Made by a program: the position numbers and the translations under genes
DNA from: Candidatus Cloacimonadales bacterium
GTDB lineage: Bacteria > Cloacimonadota > Cloacimonadia > Cloacimonadales > JAFGVF01
Direction of reading: 5' to 3'
Assembly: GCA_963663475.2 (NCBI GenBank)
Contig: CAXXJV010000002.1
Span: 160,001 to 224,000, forward strand
DNA: 64,000 bases
Shown: positions 40,652 to 50,783 of the stretch, piece after piece
Layout: each line of letters starts with the position of its first letter
Position numbering within the stretch: position 1 is the first letter of the stretch
The notes under the pieces: model-generated
Seen by the model: the letters and a program-made list of their open reading frames with translations, nothing else
What the model was told of the DNA's origin: nothing
The model's database searches: none

Positions 40652-42542
40652 ATGGCTTATATTCTTAAGTATGTTAAATGTTACTTGCCTGTTCTCAATT
40701 GAAAGAATTGAAACCCAGCAAATATTAAGTACACCCAGAGACTATTCCCTTTCCTATTTCGAAAATGATACAGCTATTTCTCATTGGTATGGCTCCGATA
40801 CTTGGGCAGTGAAAATTGTTGCTGAAGATTTTAGACCTAATGTTCTTTCAATGACTATTAATGCTGTTAATATTTATTTCCCAACTATTCCAGAAAATCC
40901 TGTTAATATAAGAGCTTTTACTTATGATGAAGATTCTGAGTTAGACCCTTTATTTGGAGATTTAATATCTCAACTAAATCTTCAGAATATAACAATTAAT
41001 GAAATAGGCTGGAATACCTTCCCTCTTACAGGCTCTTATACAGGCCAAGGCATTTGGCTAATTGTAGATAATGTAACTAATTTTTCTGATAATTTTATGG
41101 CTACTACAGCAGGAGAGGGCACTAACAGTTTCTATAAGATTAGTCAAAATGGAGATGTTGCTTTTAATAGCTTCTATGATATAAATGTAAGACAAGAACT
41201 TCTCTATTCTGTTGATGGTTATTTGAACTTAGATTATGATATAGTAGCAGACTCAATAAGAGTGGAATTGCTTGATGTAGCTGTAGATTATAGTCATGAA
41301 GATTTATGGGAATATAAGTATAATATTAGAAATTACTCAGAAGAAAATTTAACTAATGCAGTAATGGAAATTGAAATTCAACATCCTGATCCAGAAGTCT
41401 ATGATACTACCTATACTTATCTTGAATTAAATATACCAGCTTTATCTGATACAAATCATGAGAGCCAAGAGCCAATTTATCTACAGTTACCTATAGAAGA
41501 TTCTCAATATAAAATAACTAGCAGACTACTCAGTGCTTATGATGGCTATCTTCTAGATTCTGATTTATTCAAGGTAACTAATTTTTCTCAAGATTCTGAT
41601 CTAGCAATTATTATGAATTTCTTATCTGCAAACTATGAATTAACAGAGGGACTTTTGGAAAGTCAAAGAGAATTAGCTCAATCCAACTGGTTAATCTTTA
41701 ACTATGGTATTGATGGTTCTGACCAGCTTTTCTATTCTGACTATGCTTATAATTATTATCAAAGTTTAGATATAAATCTAAATCCTTTAACTCTCATTAA
41801 TGGTACAAAATATTTCAATAGCTATAACCTGCCTGCTCTTGAAGCAAACTTGGAAAATAATATCTATTATATTCCTAAAGTTTTTGATATTAGCGATGAA
41901 GGTCTAGAAGAAGAAGACTCAAGTCTCATATATTTTTCTCACTTTAATTATGGACAAAGATATGTTTTTGATACTTTTACAGATGACTTAGCTATGGATG
42001 TCTTTATATCACAGAAAACTAAGCATTATTCTGAAGCAGGTGATGAATTTATCCTTAGCCAAGTAAGTGATGCCTATGCTGATTTTCAACGACTAAATGA
42101 AGAAGGAGAAGGTTACTTCGAATTCTCATATGATACTGACAGTGTAGATAGTCTTATGACTAATGCTAATGGGGAAAAATTTGCTAATGTAATTATTTAT
42201 AGACAGGATTCTAATGAAATTGTCAGCTATCATAGATATAATTTAATAAATAATGTATTAGTCTCTAACCAAGATAATGATCTTCCTAGTCTAGCTCCAA
42301 TTACTATTTATCCTAACCCAATAAATAATGGAAAATACTTTAACATAAAGACTAGTGGAAAAGAAAAAATAGATTTTGTTAGCTTGTATAACCTCAGAGG
42401 ACAGAAAGTTGCCAAGCTTAAGTACGATAATTCTCGTCTTACTTTACCTAAAAATATTGCAAGTGGAATCTATTTCTTAAGAGCTACATATCAAAACTCT
42501 CGTAAAAGTCCTCTGCGCAAATTATCAATTATTAAGGAGTAA
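40629..42542 (+). CDS. Secreted acidic protein with T9SS type-A-like CTD
   Basis: Signal peptide; C-terminal 'IYPNPI...YNLRGQKV...ASGIYFLR'. Confidence 0.8.
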   Translation: MNLKILFKWLIFLSMLNVTCLFSIERIETQQILSTPRDYSLSYFENDTAISHWYGSDTWAVKIVAEDFRPNVLSMTINAVNIYFPTIPENPVNIRAFTYDEDSELDPLFGDLISQLNLQNITINEIGWNTFPLTGSYTGQGIWLIVDNVTNFSDNFMATTAGEGTNSFYKISQNGDVAFNSFYDINVRQELLYSVDGYLNLDYDIVADSIRVELLDVAVDYSHEDLWEYKYNIRNYSEENLTNAVMEIEIQHPDPEVYDTTYTYLELNIPALSDTNHESQEPIYLQLPIEDSQYKITSRLLSAYDGYLLDSDLFKVTNFSQDSDLAIIMNFLSANYELTEGLLESQRELAQSNWLIFNYGIDGSDQLFYSDYAYNYYQSLDINLNPLTLINGTKYFNSYNLPALEANLENNIYYIPKVFDISDEGLEEEDSSLIYFSHFNYGQRYVFDTFTDDLAMDVFISQKTKHYSEAGDEFILSQVSDAYADFQRLNEEGEGYFEFSYDTDSVDSLMTNANGEKFANVIIYRQDSNEIVSYHRYNLINNVLVSNQDNDLPSLAPITIYPNPINNGKYFNIKTSGKEKIDFVSLYNLRGQKVAKLKYDNSRLTLPKNIASGIYFLRATYQNSRKSPLRKLSIIKE

Positions 42543-42548
42543 TATTTA

Positions 42549-43490
42549 ATGAATAGAATAAATGTAAATGATTTGGCAAACTGTATAAACCAAGAAATTG
42601 ATAGCTACTATATGGTGGTTGAAAAAGATCTCAGGCAAGGTGCAAGAGATTATTTCCTACGCCTGAAATTAGCTGATAATACTGGATTTGTTGTTGCAAA
42701 TATTTGGAAGAATGCAAGTCAATTCTCTGAAATGTTTGAAGTTGGTGAGGTAATTCAAGTCAGTGGATTAGTAATTAAATACAATAAAAATATCCAGATA
42801 ACTATTAACGAAGTTCTAAATATGGAAGAAAAAGACTATGATTTAGCAGAACTCGTACCTGCAACAAAAAAAGATATTAATGAACTAACTGATAGTTTTT
42901 TTGAGTTTGTTGATTCAGTTGAAAATAGCTATTTATCTCAACTACTCAGATCAATCTTTGATAATAAGCAGATTCTAAACCTCTTTATCTCATCTCCAGC
43001 AGCTAAAGGCTGGCATCATAACTATGCTGGTGGATTATTAGAACATACTCTAGCTGTAACTAAAATTTGTGCCTTTGCTTGCCAAATGTATCCTGTTGAT
43101 AAAGACCTCATGATTAGTGGTGCTATTCTGCACGATCTTGGAAAAATCTATGAATATGATTCTGCTATAGGTATAGATTTCTCAGATGAAGGACGGTTAA
43201 TTGGACATTTTGTGATTGTTGATAGAATTATTACTGAACATGCAAGTAAAATAGATCTATTCCCTAAAGAACTATTAATGAAGTTAAGACACATGGTTTT
43301 AGCTCATCATGGAGAGTATGACAAGGGTTCTGTAAGATTACCTCAAACTTTAGAAGCCCATCTCTTGCATTTAGCAGATAATATGGATGCTCAGGTTACT
43401 GGGGTAAAACAGATTATCGAGGCTAGCTCTGATAAATCAAAATGGTCTGAATTCGATAAACTTAATCAAAAATTCTATTATAAAGGTTAA
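42549..43490 (+). CDS. YhaM-like OB-fold/HD 3'-5' exoribonuclease
   Basis: 'LADNTG', 'PAAKGWHHNYAGGLLEHT', 'LHDLGK', 'HHG', 'ADNMDA'. Confidence 0.9.
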   Translation: MNRINVNDLANCINQEIDSYYMVVEKDLRQGARDYFLRLKLADNTGFVVANIWKNASQFSEMFEVGEVIQVSGLVIKYNKNIQITINEVLNMEEKDYDLAELVPATKKDINELTDSFFEFVDSVENSYLSQLLRSIFDNKQILNLFISSPAAKGWHHNYAGGLLEHTLAVTKICAFACQMYPVDKDLMISGAILHDLGKIYEYDSAIGIDFSDEGRLIGHFVIVDRIITEHASKIDLFPKELLMKLRHMVLAHHGEYDKGSVRLPQTLEAHLLHLADNMDAQVTGVKQIIEASSDKSKWSEFDKLNQKFYYKG

Positions 43491-43493
43491 TAA

Positions 43494-44279
43494 ATGTTAC
43501 GAACTTCTGTATTATCCAGTGGAAGTAAAGGTAACGCTAACCTAATTTTCACTGATAACACATACCTGCTTTTGGATGCTGGCTTGTCAGCAAAAAGAAT
43601 CTTTGAAGCTATGCAAGCGATTGACTTAGACTACAATAAACTAAATGGGATAATAATATCTCACGAGCATAGTGACCATGTTAATGGAGCAGGTATAATA
43701 AGTAGAAAATTAAAAATCCCCATCTATTTTACTAGACAAACTTATTCGTGTTGTCAAAAAAAGATAGGTAAACTCACTCAAGAACCTGTCTTCTTTAATG
43801 TAGGAGATGAATTTTCTATTAGAGATATTCACGTTACATCTTTTGCTTCATCTCATGATGCCATTGATTCTAGTAATTTTGTCTTTCAGCAATTAAATAA
43901 TGATAATCAAAAGTTAGCTATTGCTACTGATTTGGGCTTTGCTACAAAATTACTACTTGAAAAAATTAAGGAGGTTACTACCTTAGTTTTAGAAAGCAAC
44001 CATGATGAAGTAACCTTACTAACTGGTCCTTATCCTTGGGAACTAAAACAGAGAGTTAAGAGCTCTAGAGGCCATTTATCTAATAAACAAGCTGTGGCTG
44101 TTGTTAGTCAAATAATACATAACAGACTGAGTAATTTGGTTCTAGCCCATCTATCTGAGAAAAATAACACTCCTGAGTTAGCTTTGAAAGAAATGTCTGA
44201 CTATTTAAGTGCTATTAAATCAGAGGTTAAACTCTTTTTAGCAGACCAATACAAACCAACTCCAATTATTAAAGTATAG
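43494..44279 (+). CDS. MBL-fold hydrolase (YycJ/WalJ-like)
   Basis: 'SGSKGN', 'HEHSDH', 'ESNHD', 'GHLSN', 'LAHLSEKNN'. Confidence 0.9.
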   Translation: MLRTSVLSSGSKGNANLIFTDNTYLLLDAGLSAKRIFEAMQAIDLDYNKLNGIIISHEHSDHVNGAGIISRKLKIPIYFTRQTYSCCQKKIGKLTQEPVFFNVGDEFSIRDIHVTSFASSHDAIDSSNFVFQQLNNDNQKLAIATDLGFATKLLLEKIKEVTTLVLESNHDEVTLLTGPYPWELKQRVKSSRGHLSNKQAVAVVSQIIHNRLSNLVLAHLSEKNNTPELALKEMSDYLSAIKSEVKLFLADQYKPTPIIKV

Positions 44280-44287
44280 AGGATTTA

Positions 44288-45577
44288 ATGAAATTTTATA
44301 TAGAAACCTATGGCTGTCAAATGAATATTGCTGATAGTGAACTAGTAACTACAATTCTTAACAATAATGGCTACCAAGAAGCTGAAAGTTTAGATGAAGC
44401 TGATATTATTATCTTTAATACATGCTCAGTAAGACAACATGCTGAAGAGAGAGTTCTGGGAAGAATCGCTAATGAAAAGTCCCGTAAAAGAACTAAACCT
44501 CAGCTCAAAATTGGGGTGATTGGTTGTATGGCTCAAAGACTCCAGAATGAACTCATGGATATGCAAGATGGAATAGACTTTGTAGTTGGAGTTGATCAAT
44601 ATAGCGAAATACCCCATATCCTACACATGGATTCCACTAACATAAAAGCTGATTTTAATCAAGAAGAAATTTATAATGAAATCTATCCTACCAGACAAGG
44701 CAAACTAAACGCTTTTGTTACTATAATGCGAGGTTGTAATAACTTCTGTTCTTACTGCATTGTGCCTTATACTAGGGGAAGGGAGAGATCTAGACCAATT
44801 TCTGATATACTAACTGAAGTTGAACAAGCTGGTCATAATGGCTACCCTGATGTTACACTCTTAGGCCAAAATGTTAATTCCTATAATTATCAAGGAATTA
44901 AATTCCCAGACTTAATAAGAGAAATTAATAAAATTGAATCTATTCAAAGAATTCGTTTTGTTACTTCCCACCCTAAAGATCTTTCGGATGATTTAATCTT
45001 GGCTATGAAAGAGTCTGATAAAGTCTGCAAGAATATTCATTTTGCTATGCAATCAGGTAATAGTCAAATCCTCAAAAGAATGAATAGAGGCTATACTGCA
45101 GAGCATTTCTATGATAGAATTCTCAAGCTTAGACAACATATGCCAGATATTGCTATTACTACTGATGTAATTGCTGGTTTCCCAGGAGAAACAGAAGAGC
45201 AATTCATGGACACCTATAATTTAATGAAAAAGATTGAATTCGATTATGCCTTTATGTATAAGTATTCTCCAAGAAGAGGAACTAAAGCTGCTGAATTTAC
45301 TGATCAAGTTCCTGAAGAAGTCAGACTTGAAAGACTTCAACGACTTATCGAGATGCAGAGAAAAATCACCTTAGAAAAGTATCAAAAGCAAATTGGTAAG
45401 GTTGTTACAGTTCTTGTAGAAAATACTTCTAAGAAATCTGAAGCTGAACTTTCAGGCAAAACTGATGATTTTAAAATATGTGTTTTCCCTGCTAGTAAGG
45501 ACTTGATAGGAAAATTTGTTAAGGTAAAAATACTTGATGCTACTGCTGGTACTCTAATAGGAGAATTATATGAGTAA
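44288..45577 (+). CDS. miaB: tRNA-i6A37 methylthiotransferase
   Basis: 'TYGCQMN', 'NTCSVR', 'CNNFCSYC', 'GFPGET', TRAM domain. Confidence 0.96.
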   Translation: MKFYIETYGCQMNIADSELVTTILNNNGYQEAESLDEADIIIFNTCSVRQHAEERVLGRIANEKSRKRTKPQLKIGVIGCMAQRLQNELMDMQDGIDFVVGVDQYSEIPHILHMDSTNIKADFNQEEIYNEIYPTRQGKLNAFVTIMRGCNNFCSYCIVPYTRGRERSRPISDILTEVEQAGHNGYPDVTLLGQNVNSYNYQGIKFPDLIREINKIESIQRIRFVTSHPKDLSDDLILAMKESDKVCKNIHFAMQSGNSQILKRMNRGYTAEHFYDRILKLRQHMPDIAITTDVIAGFPGETEEQFMDTYNLMKKIEFDYAFMYKYSPRRGTKAAEFTDQVPEEVRLERLQRLIEMQRKITLEKYQKQIGKVVTVLVENTSKKSEAELSGKTDDFKICVFPASKDLIGKFVKVKILDATAGTLIGELYE

Positions 45578-46169
45578 AATCCCCATGGAAGATTTACTAA
45601 CTAATAATGAAAAAAAGTCCAAGAAAAAGAAAAAAACTCTTGTTTCCAAGAGATTATTAATTACTTTCCTAGTATTTTCTTTTATTATTGCTACTTCTAT
45701 TATCCTGATAATTAATAAATTAGTTGATTTACCTTTTAAAGCTGAAAGTAGAAATGTTAATCTTGTTGTGCAAGACTCTGTTAATGTTAAAGAAGTTAAA
45801 ATTAATCAAGTCAAACAAGCTTTTTTGCTCATTTTACCTAACTCCTTCTGGGACCATAGTAACTTTACAGATATTGACTATAGCAATAAAACTATAAACT
45901 TAGCCATAAACAATGTCCTAGGCTACGATGATAAAAAACAAAGCTGGGACTATTTTATTGCTGATGATGGAGTCTCTGAAATTGTTTCTGTTGTGGGTAA
46001 ACTAACTCTTGATAATGTTAAATATGAAGCAAATATTCAATTTAATATCCTAGATAACTACACTTATTTTTATGATCTCTATCTCAAAGAAGATAGAAGA
46101 AGAGCCAGGTATCTTCCTGCAACACCAAGACAGAAAAGCCTCTTGATTCAAATGATGTATAGGTCTTAG
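45570..46169 (+). CDS. Hypothetical single-TM protein
   Basis: Basic N-terminus, one TM; overlaps miaB stop. Confidence 0.7.
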   Translation: MSKIPMEDLLTNNEKKSKKKKKTLVSKRLLITFLVFSFIIATSIILIINKLVDLPFKAESRNVNLVVQDSVNVKEVKINQVKQAFLLILPNSFWDHSNFTDIDYSNKTINLAINNVLGYDDKKQSWDYFIADDGVSEIVSVVGKLTLDNVKYEANIQFNILDNYTYFYDLYLKEDRRRARYLPATPRQKSLLIQMMYRS

Positions 46170-46200
46170 CTGTTTATATTCAAAACTATAAAGAGGAAAC

Positions 46201-47091
46201 ATGATAGATTTAGATAAGTATAAATGCGGTTTTGTTGCTATTATTGGTAAACCTAATGTTGGTAAATCAACCCTTATGAACCATTTGATAGGAACTAAAC
46301 TTTCAATTATATCTTCCAAACCTCAGACAACCAGACAGAGTCTTAAAGGCTTTTATTCAGACGAAAAAAAACAAATTATCTTTGTTGATACTCCTGGTTT
46401 TCTAAAACCTAGATACGAATTGCATAATAGAATGCTTGATATTATTAAAAATTCTCTCAAAGATTCTGATCTAATTGTCTTTATTACCGATGCTAATCAT
46501 TTCCCAACAGATTATGATAAAGAACTACTCAAAGAATTAAAATCAATAAGAGCTCCTAAAATTGCCCTCCTTAACAAAATTGACCTAGTTACTGAAGATG
46601 TTACTCAAGAAAAACTAGACTTATTGAGAGAATCTTTTGATAGAGCTGAAGGTATTTCAGCCCTTAAAGGTGAGAAAACTGATGAACTCTTAGACATCTT
46701 TGCTGAGATGCTACCCTTTTCTCCACCCCTTTATGATCCAGAAAATTTGTCTGACCTACCTATGCGTTTCTTTGCCCAAGAAATTATTAGGGAGAAGATT
46801 TTCCTCAATTATACCGATGAAATCCCTTACTCCTCAGCTATTCTAATAGATTCTTATCAGGAAGAAGAGGAAAAAGTAAATATAGCTGCTACTATCTGGA
46901 TTGAAAGAAGCTCACAAAAGCCAATAGTTATTGGTAAAGGTGGAGCCTCTATTAAAAAAGTCAGACTTGATGCTCAGAGAGAACTTAAGAAGTTTGTTGG
47001 CAAACCAGTGTCTATCGAGCTATTTGTTAAAATTAAAAAGAACTGGCGTAAAAATAATAGCTCCTTAAATGAATTAGGTTTTAGAAAGTAA
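46201..47091 (+). CDS. era: GTPase Era
   Basis: 'GKPNVGKST', 'KPQTTR', 'DTPG', 'NKID', KH 'VIGKGG'. Confidence 0.96.
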   Translation: MIDLDKYKCGFVAIIGKPNVGKSTLMNHLIGTKLSIISSKPQTTRQSLKGFYSDEKKQIIFVDTPGFLKPRYELHNRMLDIIKNSLKDSDLIVFITDANHFPTDYDKELLKELKSIRAPKIALLNKIDLVTEDVTQEKLDLLRESFDRAEGISALKGEKTDELLDIFAEMLPFSPPLYDPENLSDLPMRFFAQEIIREKIFLNYTDEIPYSSAILIDSYQEEEEKVNIAATIWIERSSQKPIVIGKGGASIKKVRLDAQRELKKFVGKPVSIELFVKIKKNWRKNNSSLNELGFRK

Positions 47092-47100
47092 TTAAGATTA

Positions 47101-47745
47101 TTTCCAAGTAGTACAGTCTTACATCTTATACCATCTTTAACCCCAATGGCTCAATAGAACTTTGGAAAAGAATCTTGCACCCTTCATCAAAGTTCTATTG
47201 GGCCATTCGGTTTAACCCAAATAGCGCAGTAGACCTTTTTGGGGATTCAAGACTTATCCCTGACTTGAACTTGAGCCTGCTTTTTGTTGGAGACCAGACT
47301 TCCTCAGCGGTAGGCAAGGGACTTCGGGTGAAGAGTGTCGGAAGTCGCTACTCCTTGAGCAACTCCCGTCACTCTTCACTAAAGCTCTACTACACTATCT
47401 GTGTTTAACTTCCAACTGATGAAAGGGATTTCATCCCTTGTGAGAATTATATTCTACTAAATCTTACCCTATTCATCCTTATTTCTTCCTTTACACTCTT
47501 TCGATGAAAACTGGACTTTCATCGAAAGACTGTAAAGGAAGGATCAATGATGATAGGGGAAAAGTAGACTGGAGTTTCTCACCGTAGGCAAGGTACTTAA
47601 ACGGAGAGCACTCTCTCAAGTAGACTGGAGTTCCTCAACCGTAGGCAAGGGACTTCAACGGAGAGCACTCTCTCAAGTAGACCGGAGTTCCTCAACCGCA
47701 GGTAAGGGACTTCGGACGGAGAGGTAAGGGACTTCAACGGAGAGC
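47101..47745. repeat. Mosaic of palindromic REP/MITE-like modules (BIME-like)
   Basis: 20-bp IR 47145-47207; IR-bounded unit 47212-47408; 28-bp-type palindrome 47485-47544; three tandem 56-57-bp GTAG units 47562-47745; several modules recur at 5752, 16091, 25349-25544, 53699 and 58153. Confidence 0.85.
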
Positions 47746-47759
47746 TTTATTAAAAAAAG

Positions 47760-47791
47760 AAAAGACCTTCCTGACAAGAGAAGGTCTTTTT
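47760..47791. terminator. Bidirectional intrinsic terminator between era and feoB
   Basis: AAAAGACCTTC-ctgacaaga-GAAGGTCTTTT flanked by A and T tracts. Confidence 0.8.
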
Positions 47792-47817
47792 ATCTGGGAT
47801 GTTAGGAGAAACTATAC

Positions 47818-50052
47818 TTATAAGATTGGTTTCTTTTTATATTTTAGGGAGATGAAAAATACTAGGAAGATAGCCACACTGATAGCTATCCACATGAAAG
47901 ACATGGCAGGATGAAGTGTAAAGGTGCTTATCTGGTAGAATAGGGTAGCAACTACCCATGCTAAGACGGTTAGATAAGCCACTGCAAAGATTGTCCAGTT
48001 TAGATTTGTCTCACGGTAGATAGCTCCTATTGCAGCCACACAAGGTGCATAGATTAAGATAAATAATAAGTAGGCATAGGCTGCAAATTTATCATTATTA
48101 AAACCAGCTTGGACATAGCCCACTAAGGCTGAACCTTCTTCTTCCTCATCAGCTTCTAGCCAACCAAAACCAATTGGTATAGTCAAGAATGAATCTTTAA
48201 TACCAGACCAGAAAGAAAAATCTTCATCTATGTCAGATTCTGAAGTCCAATTAGGATCACGTTGTGAATAGAGAGCATCCATTGTTCCGATAACAGCTTC
48301 CTTAGCAAATATTCCTGTAAACAAGCCTACAGTTGCAGGCCAGTTATCATCAGTTAACCCCATTGGCTTGAAAATTGGAGTTGTTTTCTGTCCAATCCAA
48401 GTTAAGACTGATTTAGATGAATCATCATTGCCAAAGGAACCATCTGTGCCAATTGAATTAACAAAGGATACTAGAATTACAATTAAGAGAATTACCTTAC
48501 CTGCTTTAATCATAAAAGATTTTAACTTGTTCCAAGTATGAAGCATAACACCATTAAAGGTGGGAATATGATAAGTTGGTAATTCCATCACAAATGTTGC
48601 AGCTTCTCCCTTGAGAATTGTTGATTTGAAAAGAAAACCAGAAAGAACTGCTAAGATTATACCACTAAAATAGATAGAAAACATTATTAAACCAGCAGAT
48701 TTAGAGAAAAAGGCAGAAATAAGTAAGGTGTAAACTGGCAATCTAGCTCCACAAGACATAAAAGGGTTCATCAAGATAGCTAACATCCTATCTCGATTGT
48801 TCTCTAAAGTTCTTGTGGCCATGATTGCAGGTACTGTACAACCAAAGCCAACTAACATGGGAATAAAGGCTTTACCTGGTAAACCAATAGTTCTCATAAA
48901 TCTATCCATAATAAAGGCAGCACGAGCCATATATCCAGAATCTTCTAAGATTGATAAAGATAAGAAAATAAAGAAGATTGGGGGAATAAAGGTAGATAAA
49001 GTCTGAAGTCCACCTCCTATTCCATTAGCTAGTAAGGTAGTTAACCACTCGGGAGAGGACATGGCATTGAGGACAAAACGGAAGCCATCAACAAAGATTG
49101 TACCAAAAAGTCCATCAAAAAAGTCTATAAAAGGAGCTCCTACATTCATAGTAAGATAAAAAACTCCCATCATAACTAATAAGAAAATAGGTATTCCCAA
49201 ATACTTATTGATAACAATTTTATCAATTATATCTGTTACAGATTCCCTTGTAACTGTCTTAATAACTAAAACATCCTTGACTAATCCTCTTATGAAACCA
49301 TATCTACCGTCAGCAATGACAACATCAATTGGGTCTCCTGTATGTTTCTCCACTCTCTGAACAGCCTGATTTCTTATATCATTTAGATTTCTTGTTACAA
49401 ATCTATCAGCAATTGGATCACTCTCAAGAATTTTTAAAGTTAACCAACGACTATCAACATTGGCAGCCTTAGCATCTTTACTAACTTCCTTTTCAATTGA
49501 TTTTATCTCTTTTTCTAATTCATCATCATAAGCTATATTGAATTTTGGAGGATTAACTTTGCCAATATGCTCTTTGATTACTTCTTTAAGTTTGTTAATT
49601 CCTTCTTTTTTACTAGCATTTGTGGGAACTACCACACAATCTAAATGTTTTGCAAAATGCTCTACTTCTAAAGTCATATTCTTATCTTTTAAAGTATCCA
49701 TCATATTTAAGACTATAACTAATGGAACATTCATCTCAATCAACTGAACTGTTAAATATAAGTTCCTTTGAAGATTAGACGCGTCTAATACTTGAACGAT
49801 TAAATCAGCATCCTTGCTAAGTATATAATCTCTGGAAACCTTTTCATCTTCCGAAAAGGCCGAAAATGAATAAATCCCTGGCATATCTACAACATCAACT
49901 GCTATATCGCCATCTACATAGGTCCCAACTTTTTTCTCTACAGTAACACCAGGCCAGTTCCCTATAGTCTGCTTTGCCCCTGTAAGAGCATTGAAAACAG
50001 TGGTCTTACCACTATTAGGGTTGCCTGCAAGGGCAATAGTGAACTTTTTCAT
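47818..50052 (-). CDS. feoB: Ferrous iron transporter FeoB
   Basis: 'GNPNSGKT', 'NWPGVTVE', 'DMPGIYS', 'NMMD', 'GFGCTVPA', 'MSCGARLP'; ATG 50052 with GGAG RBS. Confidence 0.96.
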   Translation of the reverse strand: MKKFTIALAGNPNSGKTTVFNALTGAKQTIGNWPGVTVEKKVGTYVDGDIAVDVVDMPGIYSFSAFSEDEKVSRDYILSKDADLIVQVLDASNLQRNLYLTVQLIEMNVPLVIVLNMMDTLKDKNMTLEVEHFAKHLDCVVVPTNASKKEGINKLKEVIKEHIGKVNPPKFNIAYDDELEKEIKSIEKEVSKDAKAANVDSRWLTLKILESDPIADRFVTRNLNDIRNQAVQRVEKHTGDPIDVVIADGRYGFIRGLVKDVLVIKTVTRESVTDIIDKIVINKYLGIPIFLLVMMGVFYLTMNVGAPFIDFFDGLFGTIFVDGFRFVLNAMSSPEWLTTLLANGIGGGLQTLSTFIPPIFFIFLSLSILEDSGYMARAAFIMDRFMRTIGLPGKAFIPMLVGFGCTVPAIMATRTLENNRDRMLAILMNPFMSCGARLPVYTLLISAFFSKSAGLIMFSIYFSGIILAVLSGFLFKSTILKGEAATFVMELPTYHIPTFNGVMLHTWNKLKSFMIKAGKVILLIVILVSFVNSIGTDGSFGNDDSSKSVLTWIGQKTTPIFKPMGLTDDNWPATVGLFTGIFAKEAVIGTMDALYSQRDPNWTSESDIDEDFSFWSGIKDSFLTIPIGFGWLEADEEEEGSALVGYVQAGFNNDKFAAYAYLLFILIYAPCVAAIGAIYRETNLNWTIFAVAYLTVLAWVVATLFYQISTFTLHPAMSFMWIAISVAIFLVFFISLKYKKKPIL

Positions 50053-50122
50053 ACTCACTCCATTTTTGTTTAATAATTATTTTATACCAAAAAAGTAGGA
50101 TATAAAATAATGTCAAGAAAAA

Positions 50123-50140
50123 TGTTAGTAGTTTCTAACA
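50123..50140. promoter_or_regulatory. Candidate DtxR/MntR-type metalloregulator box upstream of feoB
   Basis: TGTTAG-tagttt-CTAACA palindrome just upstream of minus-strand TTGACA (50111-50116). Confidence 0.5.
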
Positions 50141-50255
50141 ATAGACTGATTATATGAGAAAAAATAGTGTAATATCATAAATCTCTCAAGAATAAAAGAC
50201 CTTGACTAAATTAAGGCTGCTACTTAATTAGTGAAAAATACCAAAGGATAAAAAA

Positions 50256-50762
50256 ATGGATAATAACTTTATATTAAAGAAAATAAGATATGCCTTAGAT
50301 TATAATGATTTTAAGCTTATTGATATCTTTAAACTTGGTGGATTAAACTTATCTCGTGATCAAGTCTGTTCTTATTGTGCTAAAGATAATGATGAAAACT
50401 TTCAAGTTTGTGATGAAAAAACTCTTCTAGCATTCTTAAATGGCTTGATTATATATAGAAGGGGAAAGGCAAAAAATAGTCAAGAAACAATCATAGAACC
50501 TGAGCTAGATAACAATCAAGTTCTCAGAAAACTAAGGATAGCTTTAAATTATAAAGATAGTGATATGTTAGAAGTCTTGGCCTTAGATGGAATGAAGTTC
50601 TCTAAGAATCAGCTGAGTGCTTTATTTAGGGCTAAGGATAACCATCATTATCAAGCTTGCAAAGACCAGTTATTAAGAAAGTTTTTACAAGGCTTAGTCA
50701 AGAAATATAGAGATAATAAAAAGAAAGCTCCTTCTGCAATATTGGATTTTGATAACTTTTAA
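50256..50762 (+). CDS. YehS/DUF1456 family protein
   Basis: Duplicated 'NNxILKKIRYAL / NNQVLRKLRIAL', 'FLNGLI', 'CKDQLLRKFLQGL'. Confidence 0.88.
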   Translation: MDNNFILKKIRYALDYNDFKLIDIFKLGGLNLSRDQVCSYCAKDNDENFQVCDEKTLLAFLNGLIIYRRGKAKNSQETIIEPELDNNQVLRKLRIALNYKDSDMLEVLALDGMKFSKNQLSALFRAKDNHHYQACKDQLLRKFLQGLVKKYRDNKKKAPSAILDFDNF

Positions 50763-50783
50763 AATTATGGAACTATTACTTGA

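Noticed and set aside
47175-47408. 77-aa ORF
   Set aside because: Lies wholly within palindromic repeats, has a TTG start without an RBS and no protein-like motif.
47562-47745. CRISPR array
   Set aside because: Linkers between repeats are identical rather than unique spacers, the repeats are degenerate, and no cas genes are present.
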